A stretch of 64,000 nucleotides of DNA from contig OZ024741.1 of NCBI GenBank assembly GCA_964016885.1, forward strand, positions 350,486,001-350,550,000, read 5' to 3'. The DNA is from Eledone cirrhosa. Taxonomy: Eukaryota. Both the position numbers and the translations under genes were made by a program. The notes below the pieces were generated by a model. That model had not been told where the DNA came from. It did no database searches and saw only the letters and a list, made by a program, of their open reading frames with translations. Below are positions 11,130 through 23,800 of this stretch, one piece after another (position 1 is the first letter of the stretch; each line of letters starts with the position of its first letter).

Positions 11130-11960
11130 GTTTTGTTTTTTTTCATATTTTACATTATTTCATTAGTTTGTAATTTTAAATTTATTAAATATAATTATAT
11201 TTTTCATATCTTATTTATCATTATTTTAAATTTATTATACATAATTATATTTTCATATCTTTTTTTCATTATTTTAAATATATTATATATAATTATATTT
11301 TTCATTATTTCAAATTTATTATACATAATTATATTTTTCATAACTTATTTATCATTATTTTAAATTCATTATACATAACTAGCAGAAAAACCACCCTTCA
11401 GGTGGTTTTCTGCTAGCATGTGTAGTGTGTATATTGATATTATACGCAAGTATGTATACATGTAGATATGATACATCAAATAAAATCGTAATTGACAATA
11501 TACATAGAAATTGAACGAAGACTGTGTTACACTCTTATGTAATCAGTAACGTAATCCATGATACATTAAAAAAAAGATGATATGAAATATAAACTGCATT
11601 AGGAGAAAATTAGTGACAGAAAATTAGTATGTTTATTTAAGCGATTGCCACCAGAAGTGTTGACATTTTAAAATTTTAAAGAAGTGAATCTTTAAATAAA
11701 TAATAAAATATATTTAATGAACAGCCACAAAATTTAGTAGATAAATTATGTAATATTCATTCATTATTTATTCAAAGTAATCCAACTTATGGGATAAAAT
11801 ATTATAAACCGTACGCAATCCCGCGCTTCTTACTTTATTATATTTTAGATTATATTTTTCATAAGTTATTTTTCATTATTTTAAATATATTATATATAAT
11901 TATATTTTTCCTTATTTTCAATTTATACATAATTATATTTCACATATCATTTTTTTCACT
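11130..11960. repeat. AT-rich degenerate tandem repeat (TTATACATAATTATATTTTTCAT-like), interrupted by a Helitron
   Basis: The unit repeats on both sides of the insertion. Confidence 0.7.
11379..11849 (-). mobile_element. Complete non-autonomous Helitron (471 bp)
   Basis: Minus strand starts TCTAAAATATAATAAAG and ends with a hairpin plus CTAG. It sits between A and T with no TSD, and removing it restores the flanking unit ATACATAA|TTATATTTTTC. Confidence 0.82.
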
Positions 11961-12189
11961 CTTTACTTTACTTCCACCCTTCTTTCTTCTACTTTGTATT
12001 TCCTCTTCCTTTTCCTTTCCTTCTTCCCCCACCCCTTCCTCTCTCTTGCTCCTGATAACTTAACATCAAAGAACTAAGTAACTATATTATAAGTGTTACT
12101 ATAGCTTAGCAATATTCATTTTAGCTTTATTTTTCATTTTATTTACAATTCATATGTACTGTATTATCATTATTACTATTATTATTATC

Positions 12190-12830
12190 AACGGTCGATT
12201 GGCAGTATCGGTAGAGAGTCGGACGCCAGGCTTTGAAGCATAGAGTTACCTCCCTTTATGATCTGAGTTCAAATCCCACCGAGGTTAACTTTACCTTTCA
12301 TCCTTACGGGGTCGATAAAATAAAGTACTAGTAATGCACTGGGTAATTGCTGGCCTTGTGCCAAAAGTAGAAACAATTATTATCAACAGCATAGAGTTAC
12401 GGCCCTTTATCGGCTGAGTTCAAATCCCGTCGAGGTTAACTTTGCCTATCCATACAGAGTCAATAAAATAAAGCACCAGTAATGCACTGGGATAATTGCT
12501 GGCCTTGTGCCAAAAATAGAAACATTATTGTTATCATCATCATAAAGTGGTGATTGGCAGTATCGGTAGAGCATCGGATAACATGCTCTATGGCATAGAA
12601 TTACGGCCCTTTATGTTCTGAGTTCAAATCCCACCGAGGTTGCCTTTCATCCTTACGAGGTGGATAAAATAAAGCACTAGTAATGTACCGGGTCGATTTA
12701 ATTGACTTTCCCTTTCCCAAAAAATTGTTGGCCTTGTGCCTAAATCAGAAACCATTTAAAATAAAGTACCAGTAATGTACTGGTTAATTACTGGGTAATT
12801 GTGCCAAAAGTAGAAATAATTATTATCAAC
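12190..12830 (+). mobile_element. Head-to-tail cluster of tRNA-derived SINEs (family A, Meta-domain-like core)
   Basis: Repeated GATTGGCAGTATCGGTAGAG..GAGTTCAAATCCC..GCCTTTCATCCTTACGGGGTCGATAAAATAAAGTACCAG..GGCCTTGTGCC..AGAAAC(ATT)n. Confidence 0.85.
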
Positions 12831-13400
12831 ATAATCACCAATGTGGGCATTGCTGTTTTTGATGGGGACAGAGTTGTTGCTGCCGTTGTTATCATAACAG
12901 CGGTGTGTCAAAGATACATATAGCGGCAATAAATAGGAACAATGGGTATCTGATGCCCAGACACGATTGATGACAGCAGACAATACTTAACTGGAAGAGT
13001 GAGCAAAGAACCATGATAAAGAACAATATTTGCAATACTTTCATCTTTTACACTCAGCAATCCAGACAAACCACACACATTAACTATTAAGATATTAATG
13101 AACATTTCTTTGAGTCTGCAGATTTCATCAATCAGAAAATAGATACAGCTACCACACAAACACTAAGAAGAAATTAAATTCGTTGGTGTGTTATAAGTTC
13201 ACTGGATAGAACTATTTTATCTGTGACATATTAACAAACTAACATAACCACTTCACATAATTCTGTTAATATCTGATGATGTCACACCAGTGCCAGTCAC
13301 TGATGTAACCATTACATATTAACTACTCACCATGTCATTGAAATACGTATTATGTAATACATGCATTTTTGTAAACATAACATGTCTTAATGTTATTTCG

Positions 13401-13440
<40 letters not shown>

Positions 13441-13542
13441 AAGCATACAAAGAGAGAAGAGTATGCAAAGAAAGATAGGAGTATACAATGAGGGGGAGAG
13501 AAGTACACAAAGACTTAAAGGACATAATCAAATGTTGCTTAC

Positions 13543-13794
13543 CTTAATGACACCAGCTAGAGATTTCCTTGCTTTCGGTTTAGCCACCGGCCTGTTGGTT
13601 GTTGGCAAGGACCTTCGTCTCAAAGTAGGGCCACTTACAGTTGACGTGTGCACACCTGAGGCTACTTCTGTTGTGGTGAAATTATCCGGCATCGGACCAG
13701 CCCATGAATAGTCAACCATCTGTTTGAGGACTTGCTTTCGAAAACTGCCAGTAACTCTTCTTTGCAAAGTATTCTTCCATTTGGGTCTTTCAGA
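13543..13794 (-). CDS. Probable internal coding exon (252 nt, phase 0/0) of an unidentified minus-strand gene: SERPKWKNTLQRRVTGSF...RRRSLP...RKSLAGVIK
   Basis: Acceptor ctttgcctctctccag, donor AAG|gtaagc. Only one frame is open across the exon. Non-repetitive sequence with higher GC. Confidence 0.65.
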
Positions 13795-14500
13795 CTGGAG
13801 AGAGGCAAAGATTATTATTATTATTATTATTATTATTCATCGTTTAACGTCCATCTTCCACGCTTGCATGGGTTTGGACGGAAATTTTCCCACTTGAGGC
13901 AAGATTGGTTGTCTTGCTCGTATAGGACTGTCTGGCAGGTTTTCTACGGCTGGATGCCCTTCCTAACACCAACCACGTTTCCAGTGTGGACTGGGAGGTT
14001 TTTACCGTGTTACCTACATGGCCACATTACAGCGTGGACTGTGTGTTTTTTTTTTTCGTGACACCTACACGACCTCATTTATTTCGGACTGGATGTTGTG
14101 GTACCAACATAACATTACATCGAAAGGGGTGGTGTGGATGGGGTAGGGGTATTTTTGATAGAGGTGCCTACTGACTGTAGGTTTCGCTTTGTACTTAGGC
14201 AAGGCGTGTATTATTATACACACACACGTATATATCTTTACGGACAATAATTTTTCTCTGATGAGTCTTATAAGTGCATCTCTATTGTAGTATATATATA
14301 CACATATATATATGTCTACCTGCTGCATCATAAATATACTTGAAGATGAAACAATGTGTAAGCAATCAATCTCATTTTTAAATGTCTTGCTTTCTCCTCC
14401 ATATATATATATATATATATATATACATATGTGTGTGTGTCAGATATATACATGTGTTCTGTGTGTCTATATCTACGTAAATGTTTATATAGGTATGTAG

Positions 14501-14555
<55 letters not shown>

Positions 14556-14984
14556 CACACACACATACACACTTAGAGTTTGGAAAGGTTGAGTTTAAAA
14601 TGTTTCTAAAGGTATATAGTCTCCATTGGTGCCGGGTGGAGAAGTCCCCTAAGTCCAGTAATACGACTTTCCTAGTGCTGGTGGCACGGATAAAAGCACC
14701 CGGTCCATACTGTAAAATGGAGGTAATGGAAGTGGCATTCAGCCATTGAACACCATGCCAAAATATAGGGTGGAGAAGGGGAGGGCTCCCGAGTCCAGTA
14801 AGACAACCTCTCTAGTGCTGGTGGCACGAATAAAAGCACCCAGTCCATGCTGGTGTTAAGAAGAGCATCCAATCAGTATCTTAATGCCAAAAAAATTATG
14901 AGTACAACATAAAAATATAGCAATAACTGAGTAAACAGTAATAACACTAACCATGTTAGGGCTGTGCACGGTAGCCATGTGCAA

Positions 14985-16628
14985 GACAGGGGGACTAGTT
15001 ATTGAGGTTGACGACTATAAGGAAATGAAAAGTGGTAAGGCCGCTGGACCGTCAGGGATAGTTGCTGAGATGCTGAAGGCATCAGGAGAAGTAGGAACTA
15101 AACTGGTTGCACCCATAGTCAATCAAGTTATATATGGCAGCATCATACCCAAAGACTGGTGCAGCAGTATTCTTGTAAATTGCTACAAAGGTAAAGAGGA
15201 TGCTCTGGAGAGGAGCAATTATAGGGACACCAAAGTGATGGATCAAGTTATGAAAGTGACAAAAAGAATGCTAGCACAATTAATTAGATGAGAGCAGTTT
15301 GGTTTTTTGCCTGGGAAAAGTACAACAGATGCCCTCTTCTTAGTGAGACAACTACAGGTGAGGTTCTTAGAGAAGAATAAGCCACTATATTTAGCTTTTG
15401 TTGACCTAGAGAAGGCCTTTGATAGAGTACTCCGATCTGTCATCTGGTGGTCCCTAAGGAAACTAAGTGTAGAGGAATGGCTTGGGAGGACAGTGCAAGC
15501 TATGTACAGAGGAGCTGAGAGTAGGAATGGAGTTTAGTGAGGAATTCCAGATACAAGTAGGAGTTCATCAGGGTTCGGTCCTCAACCCACTCTTATTCAC
15601 TATTGTTCTCTAAGCCATAACAGAGGAGTTTAAGACTGGCTGCCCATGGGAACTTCTCTATGCTAACGACCTGGTACTTATAGCAGAATCAGTAGAACTA
15701 GAGAATAAATTCCAGCTATGGAAACAGCAGTTGGAATCAAGAGGACTGAGAGTGAACCTAGCCAAGTGTTGATAAGTAGAAACGAGGACAAGACTGATTC
15801 CATCAGGGAAATGGCTAGCTCGATATGTAGAAAAGTAGTTGGCATAAACTCGATAGAATATACTCAATGCAAATCTTGAGTACACAAGAAGTGTAGTGAG
15901 ATAGCAGGCAAACTATCAGGAAGTGAAAACTTCATATGTAGTAGATGTTCAGAAAAAATTGATAGTAGAAGTGTCAGTGATAGGCACATTTTTCAAATGC
16001 AAGTAGGATCTATAGAGGTGGTTGATAGCTTCTGATATTTAGGTGATCAGATTAGCAAGGGAAGAGTATACTCTGAGGCAATAGTATCTAGAATAAGGAC
16101 AGGCTAGAAGAAGTTTAGGGAGCTGCTTCCTCTGTTGACAACGAACGAAAGGTCGGTTGTATGATGCCTGGGTGAGATGTACAATGCTGCATGGTAGTGA
16201 GACATTGGCAGTAACTGCAGAGGATATGTGAAGGCTGGAGAGAAATGAAGCAAGCATACTCCAATGGATGTGCTATGTCAATGTGCGTGAACGACCAAGC
16301 ATAGACGAGTTGAGAGTGAAACTGTGTATAATAGGGATAAACTGTAGTGTGTGGGAGAGAGGACTGCATTGGTATGGCCATGTGATGCGCATGGAAGATG
16401 ACCGCTGGGTGAAAAAGTGCCAAGAAATCCCGATGGAAGGAAGACGCAGTAGAGGAAGACCACGAAAAACATGGGCAGAGGTAGTGAGAGCTGACCTCAT
16501 ATTACTGAAGCTCACAGAGGAAATGACAAGGGACTGTGACAAATAGAGAGATATTGTGCTGAAGAGGACCCGTCCTACCCTTGCAAGCAGGGAAAAGCAG
16601 TTGTAAAATGATGATGATGATGATGATG
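14985..16628 (+). mobile_element. 5'-truncated, mutated RTE of the PHD-containing lineage with an intact 3' tail
   Basis: KAAGPSG, FVDLEKAFD, YAND, degraded PHD, RGRPRKTW, with stops and frameshifts. Ends ACCCGTCCTACCCTTGCAAGCAGGGAAAA..(GAT)n. Confidence 0.9.
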
Positions 16629-16635
16629 GTATATA

Positions 16636-17078
16636 TGTAGCGAAGTCTGTCCACACCTTGAACCCTGGGTGATACCGACAGGTCAAATTCTGGGTCACCA
16701 AGTCTATGTGTGGGCGATGATCCCTATTGGCGGGAGACAGGAGGCGACATAGATAAATAGCCTGTATCAGACCAAGCAAAATACAGATCAGAGCAGTACG
16801 AGAGAATAGCTATGTAAAACATTCACCTCTAACTACAGGCTCCTTGGAGTCTACATGGGTCTACAGACTGCTACATACCCTTATTCTCTCTACATGGGTC
16901 TACAGACTTCTCACCTTCTCTGGCCACAGACTATATCATCATAACGAAGTAACAACCAAAAGATCTTTAACTGTTATAACTCGTAGTAACTTATTCATTG
17001 TTCACTTATTAAGTGAAGTGAAGTAAATTTTCCATCAAAATGAAACAATCTATTTTGTGTTATTTTCACCTAACAACA
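16636..17078 (+). mobile_element. Possible solo LTR
   Basis: TGTAG...AACA ends and an internal ATAAATA TATA-like motif; TSD imperfect. Confidence 0.35.
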
Positions 17079-17099
17079 TTTATTAACCTTAATTCGCTT

Positions 17100-17300
17100 C
17101 ATATATATAAACAGAAATAATAAAAATAACAGAACAAACGGCACAGTACATAGAAGAAATATATTAGTTTAACTCTTGAAATAACAGGAAGAGAGTCTTA
17201 ACGTTTCAGACACTACACTAGTCCGTCATCAGGAGATAGAGTTAAAAAATAGAAGATAAATAGAAAGTAAAGAGAGGTGAGAGGAAAGAACGGGAAAAAT
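17100..17300 (-). mobile_element. Penelope-like terminal fragment with a minimal hammerhead (17195-17237)
   Basis: CUGAUGA-C-GGAC-UAGUGUAGU-GUCU-GAAACGUU-AAGA; the downstream ~90 nt are homologous to 48740-48830. Confidence 0.6.
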
Positions 17301-17524
17301 GGAAAAAAAAAGTGCGTATCCAGTCAAGCATATATATATATATATAAGGAACAAAGAGTCAGTGTTGCATCATATACATATGTTCCTTATATATTAATAC
17401 TATTGATACTCTGCTCCCAAGAGCATCAAGTGCTCACCGGCATACCGCCTATGGTGATGATGATGGACGCAGTTAACTTGCACCTCAACACACACACACG
17501 TATGTGTGTATATATATATATATA

Positions 17525-17772
17525 AAGTGACACAGAGGAGACCGACGTTAGCTGGACATGCTCACCGACATCCAGAGTTGACACTGCACTTAGTGCTCCT
17601 GTGGGAGCCCCTGCATAGACACGCTAGAAGAGGAAGACCGAGGTTAACATATGTTGATGCTCTAAGGATAAACACTGGTCTCTTGGAGACGCAGGACATG
17701 GCAGTGATAATGAGGGACAGAGACCGCTGGAGAGAACTCGTCCATGGATCTCGGGAATTTTACCTGCCCTAG
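17525..17772 (+). mobile_element. 3' fragment of an RTE-like LINE
   Basis: LAGHAHRH..VLLWEP..RRGRPRLTYVD..MRDRDRWR. Confidence 0.7.
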
Positions 17773-17776
17773 ATAG

Positions 17777-17807
<31 letters not shown>

Positions 17808-17828
17808 CATATGACCCTCCCCAAGTAT

Positions 17829-17864
<36 letters not shown>

Positions 17865-18071
17865 GCAAACACAGAGATACAAAAGCATGTTGAGATATGT
17901 GGTTATAATTGTTTTGGGAAAAATCCAGTACAATACAAATTAGGAAATACAGGAGTGAAAAGCAGAGTAAAGTAAGAAATACAAAACAATTTTAATTTTA
18001 TTTGGGATATTGGGAACTCTTTCAAAAGAGAAAGAATTGGAGTGTGGTGTTGACAGTGAGCAATGCTTTAA

Positions 18072-18278
18072 CCCTTTAGCATTTAAACCGAACGTATCTG
18101 GCCAGAATATTCTCACCTCTTTCTGTTCAAACCAGCCATAGCTTGTTGCTCATATTTATATTAAGGTATTGTTCTCAAAATAAATGTTATCAAAATCTTG
18201 TAGATCCAATATTATGTGGGATAATTATGTGAGATAAAGTGTTTACCGTAAATATAGAGTAATGAAAATATTAAAGGG
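18072..18278. mobile_element. piggyBac-type MITE; further copies at 18542-18751, about 21580-21760 (partial) and 62626-62845 (inverted)
   Basis: TTAA-CCCTTTAGCATTT...AAATATTAAAGGG-TTAA termini and shared internal sequence. Confidence 0.78.
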
Positions 18279-18299
18279 TTAATGTGAAGAAAATAAGAG

Positions 18300-19620
18300 G
18301 ATTGGTGACATGTGCTGACACCTGCTATTTATGACAAATCTACTTTTATTGGTGAGAATAGTCCCTCATGTGTCATCCAGTGGCCTCTATGGTGGCTATA
18401 ACATCTTGGGTATGGAAGTTTCTGCAGTTATTTTTTGAGAAAGGAAGGATTTGTGTTGGCATGTTCTTTAATCCATATATGTAGATTCCAGAGACTGCTT
18501 TCATTGTTACAGGTTATTCTATGCACTACGTAATACCTTAACTCTTTAGCATTTAAACTGGCCTGAATTCTCTCAGCTCTTTCTGTTTAAACTAACTGTA
18601 ACTGGTCGCTCATACTAACGTTAGGTATTGTTCTCAAAATAACTAACAACAAAATCTCATAGATTCGATATTATATGTGATAATTATGTATGATAAAGCC
18701 TTTACCACAAAAATACAATAGTATATATAGAGTAAGGTAAATGCTAAAGTGTTAAGCACATGTCCACATTGTTGATGAGGCAATTACTAAGTGTTCATAT
18801 GTTGTTGTGTGTGTGTGAGTCAGTCTTTAGACGAGAACCTCCTCTGTGAGGGTTTGAATGCACCAATTATATATTCAGTCCCTCCCTATGAGTAGCATAT
18901 GCCATCGCTTGGAATGTGTTGGCATCGTGGCATTTGGTGGAAGATACTGGGTAGCTGTTTTCTCCCAGGACTTTTGGGAATTTGTTGGTGCTGGTGATTT
19001 TGTACCTAGCTTTGTAACTGGGATGACCTCATTCTGTATGTAGGCTTTTTTGGCTCTGCTGGATATGGTAAAATCATACACGAATGTATCTACAGGCAGC
19101 CTTCTTGGAGAATTTGATGTAAATGGATCACTTCTGTGATTTTTAGTTGGGAGTCAAGCAAAGAAAGGGCTCCGGTGTTGTTTGAGTGCTCAACTTTGAA
19201 GTTTGTGTGGTCATCAATGTTGCTGAAAATTTCACATATTTTGACAGCCACAAACCATATTGCATGACAAATATAGCATGAGGATGTCATTCACACACCT
19301 GGAGAAGGAGCAGGGTGGCAAGTGGTGAACTAGAGCTATTTTTAATCGTTTTTGTTCCTCTGATATTTATGGCTTTGTACTCACATCATAAAGTTTGTAT
19401 CTCTTAAATCCAGCACTCCATGGTGTGACACATTTTGAATCTACCATCATTAGTTTGTTCATCTACCACCAGAGCAATGCTTTTTAACAGTGCTAAGCCA
19501 CCAAACTTCATCGCAGTCAAGTGTTGTGGTGATCAGTCCTGTCCATTTTTGATAGTTAGTTGGATTTTGTCCCTACAACTTTTGGTTTTAGACTTTATAT
19601 GACACAAAACTATGAACATC
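18300..19620 (-). mobile_element. Heavily degraded Penelope-like RT/GIY-YIG relic
   Basis: FSNIDDHTNFKVEHSNNTGALSLLD resembles the Penelope RT F.IE...G.L.FLD block; a degenerate LIGR (YIG-like) motif lies downstream. Confidence 0.45.
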
Positions 19621-20399
19621 TTGTTTGGATGTATTATTACTAGTAATGAACTGGGTAATTGCTGGCCTTGTGCCTAAAGTAGAAACAATTATTAGTATTA
19701 TTTTCTGTTTTAAACTTTGTTCTAACTTTGATAAGACAATATATATGTAGAGGAGATCGCAAGACTATACATATATAGAAGCTCCCTTAGGAATTGGTTT
19801 CAGTTTTTCAACAATTTTTCCATAGTGGAACAATGGTCTAGTCACAAGGTTGCCAGATTTAAGAGGTCTGATCCTCAATTTGTAATTGTAATGTTTCCAT
19901 ATTAGTAATTTCTATGTGCAATCTTACAACCATGTTGCTTGTTTAGCCCAAAGTCATCTCTAATCGAACAAGCCTGTCCTTTTTAAGAAAGTATAAGCTG
20001 TAATTCAAGAGATATTTAGTTGCTCAACTAGTTAACATCTCAAGCAGTCACACTGAGGGTCCCCTATTGATTCACATCCATACTAGTTATTCTTAAATGT
20101 GCAGCTTTTGTTCCTATGTTAGAAATTAGTGCATTGTCTGTATTATATATTACATATGTAACAGTTCTGAGGTTTAGAAATATATAAAATACACAGTGTC
20201 TGGTTTTGAACAATTCATCAGTTGCATGCTTAACAAAGCTTCTCTATTAACAGCTTGTTTTTCTATATTGTTTAATTAGGGAGAAAGAGACAAAGCTTGT
20301 ACCCCTTTTGAAAGCCTTTGAGATTGATGGGATGGGGCGAAGAAAGTATCATCAAACTAGAGGCCAATTTGGATGCTTGGAGTAGAGTGGACTCTGCTA

Positions 20400-20810
20400 A
20401 TGGCACCCAAAGGCCAGGAAAAGGAATAAATTCTGCCACCCAAAGAAAGAGCAAATTTTAACACCTAAAGGCCAGGAGAAGCAGTTAATTCTACCATCCA
20501 AAGACCTAGAGGAGAAAAAGCAAATCCTAACACTCAAAGGCTAGGAGGAGAAAGAGCAATTTCTACCACCCAAACCAAAAGGAGTTAATTTTTCCACCCA
20601 AAGGCCAAAAGAAGGAGGAGTTAATTTTTCCACCCAAAGGCCAAAAAGAGGAGTTATTTTGCCATCCAAAGGCCAAAACAAGAAGTAGTTATTTTGCCAC
20701 CAAAAGACCAGGAGAAGAAGCAGTTAATTTTACCATCCAAAGGCCAAAAAGAGGAGTAGTTAATTTTGCCATACAAAGGCCAGGTGGGGGAAGAATTAAT
20801 TCTATGGTAC
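20400..20810. repeat. Degenerate minisatellite, unit about 33-36 bp (CCACCCAAAGGCCA..GGAGTTAATTTT)
   Basis: About 11 diverged units. Confidence 0.75.
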
Positions 20811-23800
20811 ACATAGGCTATGGCAGAATATGAATTTAACAAACAAAAATGAAATGTATATTCCAAAGCATCTCAACAATGCCATAAATCTATCACTCTA
20901 TTCTGATACTTATTTTTTTTTTACTCTGAAAGGATCAAAAACAAAGTTGCTCTCATTGGGATTTGAACTCAAAGCACAAAGAGCTGTAACAAATACCACA
21001 ATGCTGTAACAACTCTGCCAATTCACTGCCAAGAATGTTTCCATGTGTAGCAGCTATGCCATCCTTGTACAGTGGTAGCAATTATCTATTGCAGGCTAAA
21101 AACTGAAAGCTTGTTTAGTCAGAGTGAAATGGAATATGTTTTTATGAGATGCAGTTTAGAATGTTCATTACTGTAACCACTACATAAATCTTCTAGAGAA
21201 AGTGTGTAGCAGTGAAAGTTGCAGTAATGTAAGCATGTCAGCAACCTTCTAGAAAAAGTCTGTAGCAGTTATGCAAGTTGCAGTTTAGAATGTTCATGAA
21301 TGTAACCACTGCATAAACCTTCACAAAAGTCAGCAAAAATTTAGCATTAACAGATTTTACTCGAAAAGCAGTGTTCTTGTGTAGAGTCAAGGTTAGTTGC
21401 CAATAAGACAATGTGTAATGACATTCCAGTTGAAAACATCTAGCTAGAAACTTACATTCTAAGTATTGTGTTCATCTCATTAGTCACTCTTTCTGTTTGT
21501 TTTTTGTTTGTTTGGGGGGAGGGGGCGTTCAAACCTGGAGGCTCATCAGGCCAATGTTTATCTCAGTTTCATCAGCATTAACATTTAAATCAGTCTTATC
21601 TGGTCAAAATTCTCTTACCTCTTTCAGTTCAAACTGGCCATGACTGGACACTCATACTGATAATAACATCAAAATCTCATAGGTTCGATAATTTATGAGA
21701 ATTATGTGAGATAAAGCCTTTACTACGAAAATACAATAGTATATCTAGAGTAATGTAAATGTTACAGAGTACAAGATTGCCTCCTAAACAGGATGCCAGT
21801 TCATCAAAGGGTTTACCCCGTCTACTGCTGGTACTCATTTTCATCTCAGTGCACTGAAGTAGCATGAAATTAAGTGATTTGCTCAAGAACACAATGCACG
21901 ACCTAGTCCAGGAATCAAACCCACATTTTGATTGATTGTCCAACATCCTTATCACTAGGCCATGTGCCTTCATATATTTGTCACTTCACTCACTAAAAAG
22001 TTTCCTCAACTTTAAGTTAAAGCAAAAATGTTTAATCTCTTTGTGACTGTATTTCTAATATAGTACACTCTATTTCAATTAATTAATGAAGAATTTTGAG
22101 GGGTTTAATAAAATTATAAATCATTTCATTATTAAGATAGTAACTTAACATATGGTTCTTGTATAAAATTATCGTCATCATCATCACTGCTTTACATCTA
22201 TTTTCCATGCTGGCATGGGTTAGATGGGTTGTCATGCTCTGTGAATAGACAGGTAGGTCAGACAACTGTATATTACTCATACGTTCCATTTTGGCATGGT
22301 TTCTACGGTTGGATGCCTTCTTAATGCCAACCACTTTACTGTGTAGTGGGTTCATTTTCTTGTAGCACTAACTCCATCACCTGACAAGGTTTACTGGGTG
22401 CTTTTGTGGCACAAACATTACCACTTTACAGGGTCAGCTGATTGCATTTCTAATATAATACACTAATTCAAATCATGAATGAAGAATTTTCAAGGATTTA
22501 CTAAAATTATTTTATTATCAAGGTAATAACTTAGCATATGGTTCTTTTTTACTGGAAGATTTTAATTTAAATAGGAACCTTTAAAATTAATGGTTCTGTT
22601 TCATAGAATCAGAACTGGTTTTGGGCAGCTTGCTATCATCATCCTCATCATTTAACGTCCATTTTTCCACACTAGCATGGGTTAGATGAGTAGTCCCATT
22701 ATGAGACAAGTCAGATCAGATGACCATGTCTTGCTCTGAATAAAATATTCAGTAGCAACAAGATCAGAGAGAGTGTCATTAAATAAGAGAAATTAAGTCA
22801 GCAGTCAGTTTAATTAAAGCTTGTTATACAGAGTGAGTAGTTAATAAAATGGGAACTGAATTCCATGGCACACTTGGCATTATAAACATTTGTAAACAAG
22901 AATATAAATATGAGTATATGGATATGGCAGGGTAGTGGTGAGGGAGACTGTTTGTGCATCACAGTAAGGTGTTCACCTAAAAAAATAATATAACCATAAT
23001 AAAGGATTTGAAAATAAACTGATGTGAATTAACAGAAAAATTTATAACACCGGTGAATAAAAACCAAATAAATAAAACAAACAGAATAAAAACCACATAA
23101 ATCATCATTATCACTGTTTTACATATATTGTCCACACTTGCATGGGTTAGATGGGTTATCATACTGAAACTAGAAAGGTAGGTCAGATGACTGTCTTGTT
23201 CATACATTCCATTTTGGTATGGTTTCTATGGCTGGATGCCCTTGCTAAAACCAACCACTTCAAGGTGTGAACCAGGTTTGTTTTCATGTGGCATCACCAC
23301 CACCACCTGATAGGATGGACTGGATGCTTTTTTTTTTTTTTGTGGTACCACTTTACAGAGTGGGTGTAGGCATTTTATAATGGCACCAGCACTACCACTT
23401 TACTGGGTGGGCTGTGGGCATTTTATGGTGACACCAACACTACCACTTTACAGAATGAGCTGGGTGCATTTTATCATAAAACCATTATTTTCACATTCCA
23501 GTGTGGGCTAAGTGCATTGTATTGTGGTGACAGTACTACCACATTCCAACACTAGCATACTTGCATTCTTGATCAAATGACAATTAAAACCAACATATAT
23601 AAAATATAAACAGAACATGAAGAAAAATTAACTTTTAAAATCGTGAATAAAAAACAAACACTAATGAAAAAAAAAAAATATTAAAAAGAGCAACTTTTAA
23701 AAACAAAAACTATTAAAATAATAATATTAAAAAACAGCCCAGTGAGGAGCCTCTATGGAGTAATTAACCTGCTAAAAATAACAGCCAAATCCATGTTAAA

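Noticed and set aside
12840-13165. Further minus-strand exons downstream of 13543 (also candidates near 7280, 7820 and 13330)
   Set aside because: Only isolated splice-like signals, with early stops or no convincing acceptor-donor pair; unsupported without transcripts.
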